Shown here one piece after another: positions 49,095 through 58,803 of a stretch of DNA of 64,000 nt; positions within the stretch are counted from its first letter, which is position 1; each line of letters opens with the position of its first letter. The DNA lies in the NCBI GenBank assembly GCA_963663865.1, contig OY760686.1, positions 3,072,001 through 3,136,000 on the forward strand, in the 5' to 3' direction. The notes under the pieces are model-generated. The model had not been told where the DNA came from, searched no databases, and was given only the letters and a program-made list of their open reading frames with translations. The DNA comes from Spirochaetota bacterium. Its GTDB lineage: Bacteria; Spirochaetota; UBA4802; UBA5550. The position numbers were made by a program, and so were the translations under genes.

Positions 49095-49412
49095 TTACTC
49101 TTTGTCCATGTGAGGGCACTTCTTATGTCCCTTTCCGTCACGGGCAGGCATTTTGTCTCCCATTCTCTCATTCCAGCAGAAAAGGGCTTCGCTCTTTTCG
49201 CCGCGCCCCTCATGCTTCTTGCAGACTCCCTCTACGGTCTCTCCGTCTCTGTCCTTAAAAGAGCAGGCATCTCCCGCTTTTTTTGACTCGCACGCCACAA
49301 AGGGATTGCCGTCAGAGCTCATTCCCTTCCCTTTCTTCGCTTCAGCGGGTGACCCGGTCAAATAGACAGCGGCAGCCGAAAACACGAAAGCCAGTACCAA
49401 CAGCTTTTTCAT
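49095..49412 (-). CDS. Small exported Cys-containing protein
   Basis: Signal peptide (PAEA), ACESKKAGDACSF...GVC...LFC; AAGGAG RBS. Confidence 0.75.
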   Translation of the reverse strand: MKKLLVLAFVFSAAAVYLTGSPAEAKKGKGMSSDGNPFVACESKKAGDACSFKDRDGETVEGVCKKHEGRGEKSEALFCWNERMGDKMPARDGKGHKKCPHMDKE

Positions 49413-49468
49413 AAAGCACACTCCTTGTTTTTATCCCAAACAGCCGTACAGCTGAATTCGGTCCGGCA

Positions 49469-49496
49469 TATGACCTCGCGAACAGAAAAAGGTTCC
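49469..49496 (-). promoter_or_regulatory. Putative ECF sigma factor promoter
   Basis: Minus strand GGAACC-N16-GTCATA upstream of the small exported protein. Confidence 0.55.
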
Positions 49497-49612
49497 ATTT
49501 TTTGCTCTGTTTAAAGTATAAAACATTCAGCTGTATTTTTCCATTTTTTTAGGCATGATGGAGCCGCGGCTGCGACAATGTTTAACCGTGAACACAAAGA
49601 AAAGGGCCGGGA

Positions 49613-50788
49613 TTACCCTTTAACAGACATTCCGTCATAGAGGTACTTTTTCGTGGAAAAATACTCTTCTCCCTTGCCCGGGGCGACATAGCATGCGCCT
49701 CCGATATTCGACCTTTCGGGAATGCGGCTGTCCCTCCCGACAAGGGTAATCCCTGAGAAAAGCGCTTTGGGATAATCGCTGTTTTTCAGAGAAACCACAT
49801 CTGACCCTATATTCGCGTAGCTCCCGACATTGAAGTAGTCTTCCACATCCCCGTTTTCGTCGGGAACAGGAAAATTAGTCTTCTCATCAACAATGGCCCT
49901 TGTAATTCTGGCTCCGGGGGCTATACGGGCAAAAGGCAATACTATTGAATCCTTTATAACGGACCTGGCGCCTATTTCAGCTCCCGGATAGATGATTGAA
50001 TTCTCAATCCGTCCGTCAATATGGCAGTTATCGGTTATGAAAGAGCTCGCTATCTCTGCATTCTCGCCAATAAAAGAGAAACCCTCTCTGTGAATCTTGC
50101 CTTCAAGCAGGTTCTGTTCAAACAGAAGCGAGGCAATCTCTCTGTTGTATATCACTTCACGGCTTGCTTCGTAGTACTCGGGAATATTTCTAAGTGGCCA
50201 GTACAGCGCGTCAAACTTTTCCTTCTTTATACCGCTATTAATAATAACATTGATAACCATCTCAAATATGTTTGGAGAATGGAGCTTATCGTCTATGGCT
50301 TTTTTGATAACTTTCAATAAGGTCTTCTGTTTTGTCACAAGCATCTTGTAGGCCATTGACGCCTTTCCGTCAACGTTCAGAAGAAAGAGCGCAGAGTCGG
50401 CCTTTTTCTTCTTGAAACGTTCAATGATTCTTGAGAAGTCGATAACCGAAGGGCTGTCGCCATTGTAGATTATATAATATGGCGTATTGGTATCCATTAT
50501 AAGGCGGTAGCAGAAATTAATGTCGGAAAACTTCTGGGCAACAACCCTGATTGAGGGAAAGCGTCCGCCCCCCGCGGTATACCTTTTGGTGTAGTCTGAC
50601 AGTCCGTCCACAACATTACTGTAGATAATTGTACTCTGAGCATGGGACGCCGCCGAATTTCTGACGGTAAAATCTACAACCCGAAACCTTCCGCCAAACG
50701 GAATCATATAGCGGGACCTGCCCTCGGTCAGGGAGAGAAGAGAATCGTCCCGGGCCCCCGGGTAGGAAATAATGGTAAAGTAATCCAT
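49613..50788 (-). CDS. Glucose-1-phosphate adenylyltransferase family protein, GlgD-like (probably non-catalytic)
   Basis: PFGGRFRVVDF, C-terminal hexapeptide repeats (IENSII.PG...KDSIV); lacks the LAGG.G.RL motif. Confidence 0.75.
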   Translation of the reverse strand: MDYFTIISYPGARDDSLLSLTEGRSRYMIPFGGRFRVVDFTVRNSAASHAQSTIIYSNVVDGLSDYTKRYTAGGGRFPSIRVVAQKFSDINFCYRLIMDTNTPYYIIYNGDSPSVIDFSRIIERFKKKKADSALFLLNVDGKASMAYKMLVTKQKTLLKVIKKAIDDKLHSPNIFEMVINVIINSGIKKEKFDALYWPLRNIPEYYEASREVIYNREIASLLFEQNLLEGKIHREGFSFIGENAEIASSFITDNCHIDGRIENSIIYPGAEIGARSVIKDSIVLPFARIAPGARITRAIVDEKTNFPVPDENGDVEDYFNVGSYANIGSDVVSLKNSDYPKALFSGITLVGRDSRIPERSNIGGACYVAPGKGEEYFSTKKYLYDGMSVKG

Positions 50789-50895
50789 GAACCAGTCCTG
50801 TCAGCAAGAAATTTGCCCCCCATTGGTACAGCGGGCAGACCTGTACGAATTAAAATTATTCTTGCAGTAAAAATGCAATTAAAAAACAATACAGC

Positions 50896-52422
50896 ATGAA
50901 CAATAGAGTATTAACCATCATGCCCGCCTCTATCAGGGTGGAATTCGCGAAAGGTTCAATCCTTTCAGAAGTGATGAATGACGCCGGTTTTCCGGTCAAC
51001 ACGCCGTGCGGCGGGCGTGGAACCTGCGGAAAATGCGGAGTTCTTCTGAGCGGAACATTCGCGGACGTCTCCAGCCCGAACAATATTATGACAACTACTG
51101 ATGCCGAAACGCGGCTCTCCTGCAGAACCATTCTGCTGGGAGACTCCACGGTAACCGTAAAGACACCGTCAGCGCTTACGACAGGCCCGTCAAGCCGCAC
51201 CGCAATTTCACACGCAGGCATTGCCGCAGATATAGGCACAACCGGCATACAGATTTCTTTTGTTGACCTCGATACCGGACAAATCCTTCAAACCCATTCA
51301 TTTCTCAATCCCCAGCGCCGCTATGGGCACGATGTCATATCAAGGGCAGCGGCTTCACAAGATCCCGAGGTATCATCAAGGCTGTCCACACTGCTTCTTG
51401 ATTCGTTAAAAAACACTCTTAACATGTTCGAACGCGGAAATTTTTTTTCAGGGGAGGATATAGCCGCAGCCGTGTTTTCAGGCAACACGTCCATGACAGC
51501 TTCGCTTGCAGGAATCAGCTTTTCAGGTATTGGGACATATCCCTACCACGCTCCGGCGCTTGACTTCCAGCTGCTGTCAAAGAGCTCAGCAGGGCTGCCG
51601 GAATCCTGCGAAGTCAGCTTACACCCCGCAGCTTCCGCGTTCATTGGCGGCGACATAACAGGCGGCATCGCATATCTCGAGAAGATTGGGCTGCCGGACA
51701 AATCATTCTTCTTCGACATCGGCACCAATGGAGAGATGGTGCTCTTCAGCAGCGGTGAATTCTACGCTGCCTCATGCGCCATGGGGCCCGCCCTCGAGGG
51801 AATGAACATATCATCGGGAATGACAGCCTCCGATGGAGCAATAACCAGAGTCACCCTCGCCGACGGCAAACTCAACTTCAGCGTAATCGGCGGCGGGGCG
51901 GCCTCGGGCATCGCAGGGAGCGGAATAATAGACCTTATGGCCATACTGCTGCAAGCCGGCATCATCAGCCGGGACGGGGCCTTTGCCCGACAGGCACCGG
52001 CCGGGGCCGAAGAGATGTTCAGCAGGCTTAACGCGGGGAAATTCACTCTGACAGAGAATACAGGGCTTACACAGAAAGACATCCGCGCTGTTCAGCTTGC
52101 TAAAGGCGCAAGCCTTGCTTCGGCGGAAATGCTCCTTGCTGAATGCGGTATCTCCGCCGAAGAAATCAGTTCTGTATTCGTTGCCGGGGCATTCGGGGAG
52201 AACATCGACATGGAAAGCTTCCGGACCCTCAAGCTGCTGCCGGATTTCAGAAATGCAGAATACATTACCGCAGGAAACACCAGCCTAAAATCCGCGGTGG
52301 AGTCACTGAAAGACAGAGCATTCCGGCACAGGGTTAAAGACATAGCTTCGCGCATGACGGTGATCGAGCTTTCTGCAAAGGCAGAATTCAACGACCTTTT
52401 CCTCAAATCTCTGAGCTTCTGA
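50896..52422 (+). CDS. ASKHA domain-containing protein with N-terminal 2Fe-2S ferredoxin (RACo / corrinoid reductive activator family)
   Basis: PCGGRGTCGKC...RLSC, DIGTT, YGHDVISR, DIGTNGE, GPALEG, TQKDIRAVQLAK, AGAFG. Confidence 0.92.
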   Translation: MNNRVLTIMPASIRVEFAKGSILSEVMNDAGFPVNTPCGGRGTCGKCGVLLSGTFADVSSPNNIMTTTDAETRLSCRTILLGDSTVTVKTPSALTTGPSSRTAISHAGIAADIGTTGIQISFVDLDTGQILQTHSFLNPQRRYGHDVISRAAASQDPEVSSRLSTLLLDSLKNTLNMFERGNFFSGEDIAAAVFSGNTSMTASLAGISFSGIGTYPYHAPALDFQLLSKSSAGLPESCEVSLHPAASAFIGGDITGGIAYLEKIGLPDKSFFFDIGTNGEMVLFSSGEFYAASCAMGPALEGMNISSGMTASDGAITRVTLADGKLNFSVIGGGAASGIAGSGIIDLMAILLQAGIISRDGAFARQAPAGAEEMFSRLNAGKFTLTENTGLTQKDIRAVQLAKGASLASAEMLLAECGISAEEISSVFVAGAFGENIDMESFRTLKLLPDFRNAEYITAGNTSLKSAVESLKDRAFRHRVKDIASRMTVIELSAKAEFNDLFLKSLSF

Positions 52423-52650
52423 CGCAGTTCCCCCTCAAAACACAGCAGAATGAAACACGGCCCTTCACTTCCTTTGATTTGCCTGAGCCAATGGCACTAA
52501 TTATTTACCAGATAATTAATATTTAATTGACATTAACAATATATGAGTGCATTGTTTCAGGCCGCAAACCTGTTAAACAGTTTCACGATTCATTGATGAC
52601 AGCCGCTCAGCCGGACTAAAGACTCTGCTCTTCTCAACTGGAGTATAACG

Positions 52651-54789
52651 ATGAAGCCTCTCGAAAAATTAACGCAGGTTGTAACCCCCCTCCCAAGAGG
52701 AGGGTTCCTTGTAGACACCCCGCGTGGATATATTCAGTTTGGGATTCCGCCAGAAACCATTAAAGACACAATGATGCTGCCGCAGGGAACCCCGGGTGTT
52801 TTTGTCCTTCCTGTACACTTCTTCAACTGGATGAAGGGAATAAGCGTAGCTGAGCTTGAATTTCCGATATATTACAACTTTTTCATCCGAAAGAAAAAAA
52901 CAGTGATAATCTGCCTGAAAAAAGAGACAGACAGGCTTATAAGCGTCCTGTCAGAGGCCCTCTTCGGACCCGACGAACCCGAGCTCAAAGATGATTACAT
53001 TCCAGATTACACAGAAGTCCCTGACATAAAGCCGGAGATGGATTATTTCCGCACAATGGAGCTGAATGACGTGGTCGAATTTCGTCATTTCACCGACGGA
53101 AAATGCGATATTGACAATGTGAGTATCAGTATCGACAGCGCGGACAACTTCACTGTATCTATTGACGGTAATGTTATAGCCTTTGTGCCAGGAATTATCG
53201 AGTACAAACCAAGATATCTCATTGGAGAAAGGCTTGCCGAGCCATTCAAGCCGCCCCTGTTCGCGGTAACCTGTCTCGGTTCCAGCTCCGGATTCGATCC
53301 GTCGGCAAACACTTCCGGTTTTATTATATGGCTGAATCACCGTGGAATAATGATCGATCCTCCTGTTAATTCAACTGAATGGCTTCTTGATTCTAACGTC
53401 AGCCCGAAACACATTGATTCAATTATTCTCACACACTGCCACGCCGATCACGACGCCGGCACATTCCAGAAGATACTTCAGGAAGAAAAGGTGACGGTGT
53501 ATACGACAAAGACAATATTGAACAGCTTTCTCAGAAAGTACTCGGCGCTGACAGGAGTGGACAGTTCATTCCTCCTTAGACTTTTTACATTCGTCCCTCT
53601 TGAACTGGGTAAGCCTTTTTTCATCAATGACGGATGTTTCGACTTTTTTTACACGCTTCACTCAATCCCGACCATCGGTTTCCGGCTGTCGTTTCAAAAA
53701 GACTCGCTCACCTACTCCTCCGATCACAATGCCGACCCCGAGCTTCACAAAAAGCTCCTCGATGAAGGCCGCATTTCGCGCAAGCGCTATGACGAGCTTC
53801 AGGCTTTCCCCTGGGATTCAACTATCGTCTATCACGAATCAGGGGTTGCCCCCCTTCATACGCCTGTTGAGTACCTCAGTTCGCTCTCCGATGAAAAGAA
53901 AAAGAAAATCACTGTTTACCATATACCCGAGTCTTCTATTCCTGAAAAAGCAAAGTTGACTCCCGCCCGATTCGGAATTGAAAACACCTACTATTTTAAA
54001 ACAGAGACCTCTGACTTTGACGGAGCGTACCAGCTGCTGAACATTCTCAGGCATATTGACTTTGCCGAAGACATGCCTATCAGCAAGGCGCAGGACTTCC
54101 TTAATCTCGGGTTTACTGAGAATTTCAGCAAAGGGGCAAAGATCATTGAGAGCGGCACCGTAGGATCACGCTTTTTTATCATCCATTCGGGCAATGTCCT
54201 TATAAAAAGCAAAGACGGCAAATACACAAAGGTGTTGGGACCCTATGACTATTTTGGCGAAACTGCCCTTCTCATCAACGAGGAGAGAACAGCTGACGTA
54301 ACAGCGCTAACCGAGGTGGCCACCTATTCCATCAGAAAAGATAAATTTCTGTCCTTCATCAAAGGCACTGACTTTGAAAAGACATTGAGAAACCTTGCCA
54401 GAATACGAGACCTTGAAGCCTGGGAGACATTATCCTCAAGCCGCGCAATAACCTACTGCACCCCCACGCAGAGGAACCACCTTGAATCCATTCTTGAACC
54501 GGCAGCCTTTCAGGCAGGACACTGCCTTATTGCAGAGGGTACTCTTATTGATTCAATCTACATTATCAGAGAGGGCCGAATAGCCATGCTCGAACAGGGA
54601 ACACTTTCGCTGATGCTGCGCAAAGGCGACCTTGCTGGCTCCACGGCGGATTTCTACGAGCGCCGTCCGTCAAATGCAAGCTTCTACTGTGAAGACGATG
54701 TCAAACTCTACAGGATTCAGAGCGAGCACCTGTTTCCGTTTCTTGAAAAAAATCCGGGCCTCTATATGAAATTCAGATATTACTCTTAA
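52651..54789 (+). CDS. Metallo-beta-lactamase-fold cyclic nucleotide phosphodiesterase with two cNMP-binding domains
   Basis: THCHADHD, LHSIPT, SSDH metal motifs; FGETALL...RTADV cNMP pocket; second degenerate cNMP domain. Confidence 0.88.
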   Translation: MKPLEKLTQVVTPLPRGGFLVDTPRGYIQFGIPPETIKDTMMLPQGTPGVFVLPVHFFNWMKGISVAELEFPIYYNFFIRKKKTVIICLKKETDRLISVLSEALFGPDEPELKDDYIPDYTEVPDIKPEMDYFRTMELNDVVEFRHFTDGKCDIDNVSISIDSADNFTVSIDGNVIAFVPGIIEYKPRYLIGERLAEPFKPPLFAVTCLGSSSGFDPSANTSGFIIWLNHRGIMIDPPVNSTEWLLDSNVSPKHIDSIILTHCHADHDAGTFQKILQEEKVTVYTTKTILNSFLRKYSALTGVDSSFLLRLFTFVPLELGKPFFINDGCFDFFYTLHSIPTIGFRLSFQKDSLTYSSDHNADPELHKKLLDEGRISRKRYDELQAFPWDSTIVYHESGVAPLHTPVEYLSSLSDEKKKKITVYHIPESSIPEKAKLTPARFGIENTYYFKTETSDFDGAYQLLNILRHIDFAEDMPISKAQDFLNLGFTENFSKGAKIIESGTVGSRFFIIHSGNVLIKSKDGKYTKVLGPYDYFGETALLINEERTADVTALTEVATYSIRKDKFLSFIKGTDFEKTLRNLARIRDLEAWETLSSSRAITYCTPTQRNHLESILEPAAFQAGHCLIAEGTLIDSIYIIREGRIAMLEQGTLSLMLRKGDLAGSTADFYERRPSNASFYCEDDVKLYRIQSEHLFPFLEKNPGLYMKFRYYS

Positions 54790-54801
54790 TCGGGGACCTT
54801 T

Positions 54802-55719
54802 TCAGGAAAGCAGACCATCCTCTACTACAACGAGGACGCCCCGTTCCATCAAACGCCGTACCGGCCCGTAGTCGGTCACTGGATTTCCTATTATGCTGAC
54901 GTACTCCAGAAACGGCATGTTTTCCAGAACAGAAATATCTTCTATCATATTAAAACTGATATCAAGCTCCTTGAGATTCTTTAACCCGCCGAGCGGATCA
55001 ATATTTTCAATCCTGTTATCTGAAATATACAGAGACTCGAGTTCAATCAATTCCGCGATTGGACCTGTTCGTATGATCCCGTTGCCGGATAAATTCAGGG
55101 CCGAAATATACGGGCACTTTTCCAAACCCTCCAGAGAGTTTATTCCATAATCAGACAGGTCGATTTCGCCGTCAAGGTTCAGCAAGTCCGCATCAGAGAG
55201 ATCAATATCCAATCCGCCTACAAAGTACCTGTGCAGGGCCTCAAAAAAGCTGATTCCGTCATCTTCTTCATCCTCTTCAAAATACAAATCGTCATCTTTA
55301 ATATCTGAAGCTGCCTGCTCTGCATAGCCGAAGTCAGAGGCGGAATAGCTGAACGATTCCTCAAAAACTACCGGCTCGGCCTGGCTTTCACCTGGCGAAC
55401 CGGAAGGCAGATATAACGCTGCAAGCCTCGCCAGACCCTCCGAATCCGATTTTTCCATCAGCTCATCAGCTTTTTTATGAATAAATACATATCTGTCAGG
55501 ATGGAAACGCCTTACAGCGAGGCTGAAGAGCTTTTGAGCGCTGATATCATGACTGCTTTCATCCCCGGGAAGATAATATCGAAGCCTTCTAAAATCTTTT
55601 CGCTTGTAAGAAGCAATAATATCTATCGTGGTTTTCTTAAGGTATTCCGGTGTTACTCTGTTTTTAAGCTCTTTATAATAAAAATCGCCTGATTCTGAGA
55701 ATTCAGCCATTAAGGACAT
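54802..55719 (-). CDS. Leucine-rich repeat protein with N-terminal HPD-containing helical region
   Basis: LNLSGNGI, LYISDNRI, LDISFNMI internalin-type LRRs; AVRRFHPDR; acidic linker. Confidence 0.85.
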   Translation of the reverse strand: MSLMAEFSESGDFYYKELKNRVTPEYLKKTTIDIIASYKRKDFRRLRYYLPGDESSHDISAQKLFSLAVRRFHPDRYVFIHKKADELMEKSDSEGLARLAALYLPSGSPGESQAEPVVFEESFSYSASDFGYAEQAASDIKDDDLYFEEDEEDDGISFFEALHRYFVGGLDIDLSDADLLNLDGEIDLSDYGINSLEGLEKCPYISALNLSGNGIIRTGPIAELIELESLYISDNRIENIDPLGGLKNLKELDISFNMIEDISVLENMPFLEYVSIIGNPVTDYGPVRRLMERGVLVVVEDGLLS

Positions 55720-55754
55720 CCTCCATAAAAAAAACAGTAAAACCGGGAAGCCGG

Positions 55755-56738
55755 TTACTTTCGGGATTTTTTAAAAAAATCTTCGAACAGGTTCCTGTCA
55801 ATTTTAATGAGCCTTGTCCGTATTTCAGTAAGATTTTCAAAGGAGTAGCTCTGAAACTCGAAGTAGTCAATGAGCCACAGGTACTTGTTTATAAGGCGGG
55901 GCACAACATTTGATTCCTCAATCTGGTCTCTGTTCATTCGCTGATAGTTCATTTCCAGCCTGTAAATATCGTCCTTAATGGATTCGACCTGCCTCTCCTG
56001 AAGGTTTTTTCTCACATAGAACACATCCTCAATAAATCCGTAGACAGGAATCCATTCCCTGACATCTCCCTGACCGGGACAACGGGCGAGGACAATCTCC
56101 TTAAGGCGGACTACCGGCTCGGCGGTTATCATGCTTAAATCAATATCAGAAGGATTTACAAAGAATGCTTCCTTAAAAAGCCACAGACTTTTGGGGATAT
56201 CGCCTGTATGGAAAAAAGCTTCGCCAAGAATTGAAAGAAGCCTGGCATTGCTGTTATACGACCTGCCGGCATATTCGAGGGTCTCTATTGCCTTCTCATA
56301 ATCGCCCAGCTTAAGAAAGCACTCGCCCAGGTTGAGAAGTAAATCAAAGTTGTCTGCGGTCTCTTCCTGATTCAGAAAAGCCTTTCGGTAATTTTCAGAG
56401 GCTCTGTAAAAAACATGTTTCATCGCGGCCCGATAGGCTGAAGAGTTATACATGCGGGATTCGGCCGCGTACTCTTCAAAAGCCTTCCACTCCGCCATCA
56501 GGAAGTCAGCTGTTTTTTTTCCCTCAGGTAATGACTCAAACTCCGGCACCCGGTTCTGCCAGAAGCGGGACGTCCTGTAAGACTCTATCAGGCCCGGATA
56601 GTCAGGATTGGCGGACATCAGCCTGTCCAGCAGAAGCACGGCCTGCCCGAATCTGCCTTCCTCAATAAGCGAATAGACCTCTCCGGCTGAATTCAGCACC
56701 GGATCATCCGAAAATGTCATCTGACCATTATTATCCAT
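55755..56738 (-). CDS. Tetratricopeptide repeat protein
   Basis: LGECFLKLGDYEKAIE and LGEAFFHTGDIPKS TPR motifs. Confidence 0.85.
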   Translation of the reverse strand: MDNNGQMTFSDDPVLNSAGEVYSLIEEGRFGQAVLLLDRLMSANPDYPGLIESYRTSRFWQNRVPEFESLPEGKKTADFLMAEWKAFEEYAAESRMYNSSAYRAAMKHVFYRASENYRKAFLNQEETADNFDLLLNLGECFLKLGDYEKAIETLEYAGRSYNSNARLLSILGEAFFHTGDIPKSLWLFKEAFFVNPSDIDLSMITAEPVVRLKEIVLARCPGQGDVREWIPVYGFIEDVFYVRKNLQERQVESIKDDIYRLEMNYQRMNRDQIEESNVVPRLINKYLWLIDYFEFQSYSFENLTEIRTRLIKIDRNLFEDFFKKSRK

Positions 56739-56739
56739 A

Positions 56740-58803
56740 TTACGATTTAAGCCTGATTAAGTTTCCCCAGCCTTCATTCACTTCCTGATGTGTAAATACT
56801 ATAACCTGTCTTTCGCCGGACACCCTTGCAATTTCCTCCCTGAGGCGCTCCGCCCTTTCTCCATCCATATACAGAAAAGGTTCATCCAGAATCAGAGGAA
56901 GGGGACATCCCGAGGAAGAGAGAAATTCCGTAAGTGCAATTTTCACAGAAAGCACCAGATTGTATGTCGCTGCAGGGTTTAACCTGTTAATAAAACCGCT
57001 GCTTGCAAGCAGAGCGTCAACTGTTTTTTCATCTATTGAATCTTCGAGCGAACGCCCTGTTAACCCGTTATATATTTTGAAAGCACTCCCGACAAGACGG
57101 TCCAGATTCATCTTTTCCCTTGCATGAACCGTCTCAGCAAGACTGTCCAGAACAACCCTGAAAGCCCGTCGTCTCCTTATTGAGCTTTCAAGCCGATTCT
57201 CCAGGTATTCTTTTCTTTCTGTCAGAATACCCAGTTCGTCCGTCTTTTCATCTTCCGAGGCAATTTCCGCATCAATGCTGTCAACCAGTTTGCCCTTTTC
57301 GCGAACTGACCTTTCGGCTTCCGCAAGTTCTGACCGGACATCCCTTATACGCTGCTCAATCGCCGACGAATCAACTTCAGCGGACATACCCTCGTTGACA
57401 GCAGAAAGGCCAGCCCGGATGTCAGCTGACAGCTTCCTGATTGAAGAGGTCAGCTTCCTGATTTCATTTACCATGCCATCCGCTTTCTCTTCAGCATCCA
57501 GAGCCTTCCTTGCCTTTTCAAGCTCGTTCATTCTTTCAGAATACTCTATAAAGTCTTCAAAATAGTGAACCAGAACTTCATAGAGCCCTCCCGGCCCGAT
57601 ATTATCTGAAGGCATGTCCTTTTTATCCAGCAGTTGACTGGCAAATTCAGCTTCAATCTCCCTGCCTCTTCTGCGAAGCCCCTCAATCCCCGGAGGCCCC
57701 GAACCGTTTTTCCACAGAAACCAGATAGCCGGGAAGAGCAAGACCGGAACCGCACCCATGACGGCTGTATGAAGTACATCAATTTTACCGAGAAGAAAAC
57801 CCGAAAGAGCAAATCCCCCGGCTGCGAGAAAGATGAATGCTAAAAGTCCCGAAAAAAGACGTTTCTTAAGTAAGGCTCTTGAAGTCATTTCCTCAACGAG
57901 CTCATTATTTTCCCTGTATTCGTTAAACAGACCCTGCAGGTTATCAAGGCCTGTAACATCCCTGCCGCGGAACTGGCTGAAATTTTCATCAATATCTTTT
58001 TCAATTTTTTTTGCAGTCGCCGCCCTGTCTTTCACAACCGCCAGCCTTTCCTCAACCGCCTTTAACTCTTTTTTCTGGTTTTCAACTTTTACCGCTTCAT
58101 TATGAAAAGCTCGCAGCCGATCAATCACCTCATTAAGCCTTGAGATATCATCGTTGAGTCCGGCAATCTCCTGTTGAAGGACAGCCTTTTCTTTTTCAAG
58201 CTTTGTTGTTTTAAGCTGTTTGATACGAATGAGCTCACAATCTCTCTGAACGAGCTTGAGTTCCGACGCAAGCTCATCGTTAGCCTTATCAATTCTTTTT
58301 TCACCTTTACCGCCAGAGGTAAACGAATCTAACAGCTTCTGATACAGCGATGAATAGCCATGATACTCCCCGGAGACGAGCGACCGGACAGCATTGTAGT
58401 CAAGAATACCGGGCATGTTGAGTTCGGAAGCCGAAGGCATGAAACATGCGGTTGTATAGCTCCACCTGTCAATGCCGGCATCAAAAACAGCGCCATAGGC
58501 AGTGCACTCTGAAGGCAATGAAGCTTCAGACAAACAATCACCATCCTTCCAGCGCATCTTGAGGGCTGCCCCGTTCTCCTCTTTTTCATGCATAAGTTCG
58601 ATGTCCAGGCCAAGTGACTTCCAAACAGCTTCATCAAGCAGCCCGTCCCGGTCACGCCGCCAGATTGAGTCAATTAAGGACATTGCAATGAGCGTCTTGC
58701 CGGAGCCGTTCCCGCCCTTTATTACGGAAAGCCCCCTGTCAGGTTCAAGTACGGCGTCTTCCGAAAGAAATTTACTTTTTATCACGCATCTGCCGTACCG
58801 CAA
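56740..58803 (-). CDS. YhaN/SbcC(Rad50)-like coiled-coil AAA ATPase with central TM segments
   Basis: Walker A GGNGSGKT, long coiled coils, two hydrophobic helices, LPLILDEPF Walker B, QVIVFTH; TTG start with GGAGG. Confidence 0.85.
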   Translation of the reverse strand: MRYGRCVIKSKFLSEDAVLEPDRGLSVIKGGNGSGKTLIAMSLIDSIWRRDRDGLLDEAVWKSLGLDIELMHEKEENGAALKMRWKDGDCLSEASLPSECTAYGAVFDAGIDRWSYTTACFMPSASELNMPGILDYNAVRSLVSGEYHGYSSLYQKLLDSFTSGGKGEKRIDKANDELASELKLVQRDCELIRIKQLKTTKLEKEKAVLQQEIAGLNDDISRLNEVIDRLRAFHNEAVKVENQKKELKAVEERLAVVKDRAATAKKIEKDIDENFSQFRGRDVTGLDNLQGLFNEYRENNELVEEMTSRALLKKRLFSGLLAFIFLAAGGFALSGFLLGKIDVLHTAVMGAVPVLLFPAIWFLWKNGSGPPGIEGLRRRGREIEAEFASQLLDKKDMPSDNIGPGGLYEVLVHYFEDFIEYSERMNELEKARKALDAEEKADGMVNEIRKLTSSIRKLSADIRAGLSAVNEGMSAEVDSSAIEQRIRDVRSELAEAERSVREKGKLVDSIDAEIASEDEKTDELGILTERKEYLENRLESSIRRRRAFRVVLDSLAETVHAREKMNLDRLVGSAFKIYNGLTGRSLEDSIDEKTVDALLASSGFINRLNPAATYNLVLSVKIALTEFLSSSGCPLPLILDEPFLYMDGERAERLREEIARVSGERQVIVFTHQEVNEGWGNLIRLKS

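Noticed and set aside
52559-52622. GGCCGCAAACC...ATGACAGCC upstream of the cNMP phosphodiesterase resembles parts of a c-di-GMP-I riboswitch
   Set aside because: No GGCAAA-stem-GAAA tetraloop or receptor helix; the likely promoter (TTGACA at 52527) would start transcription inside it
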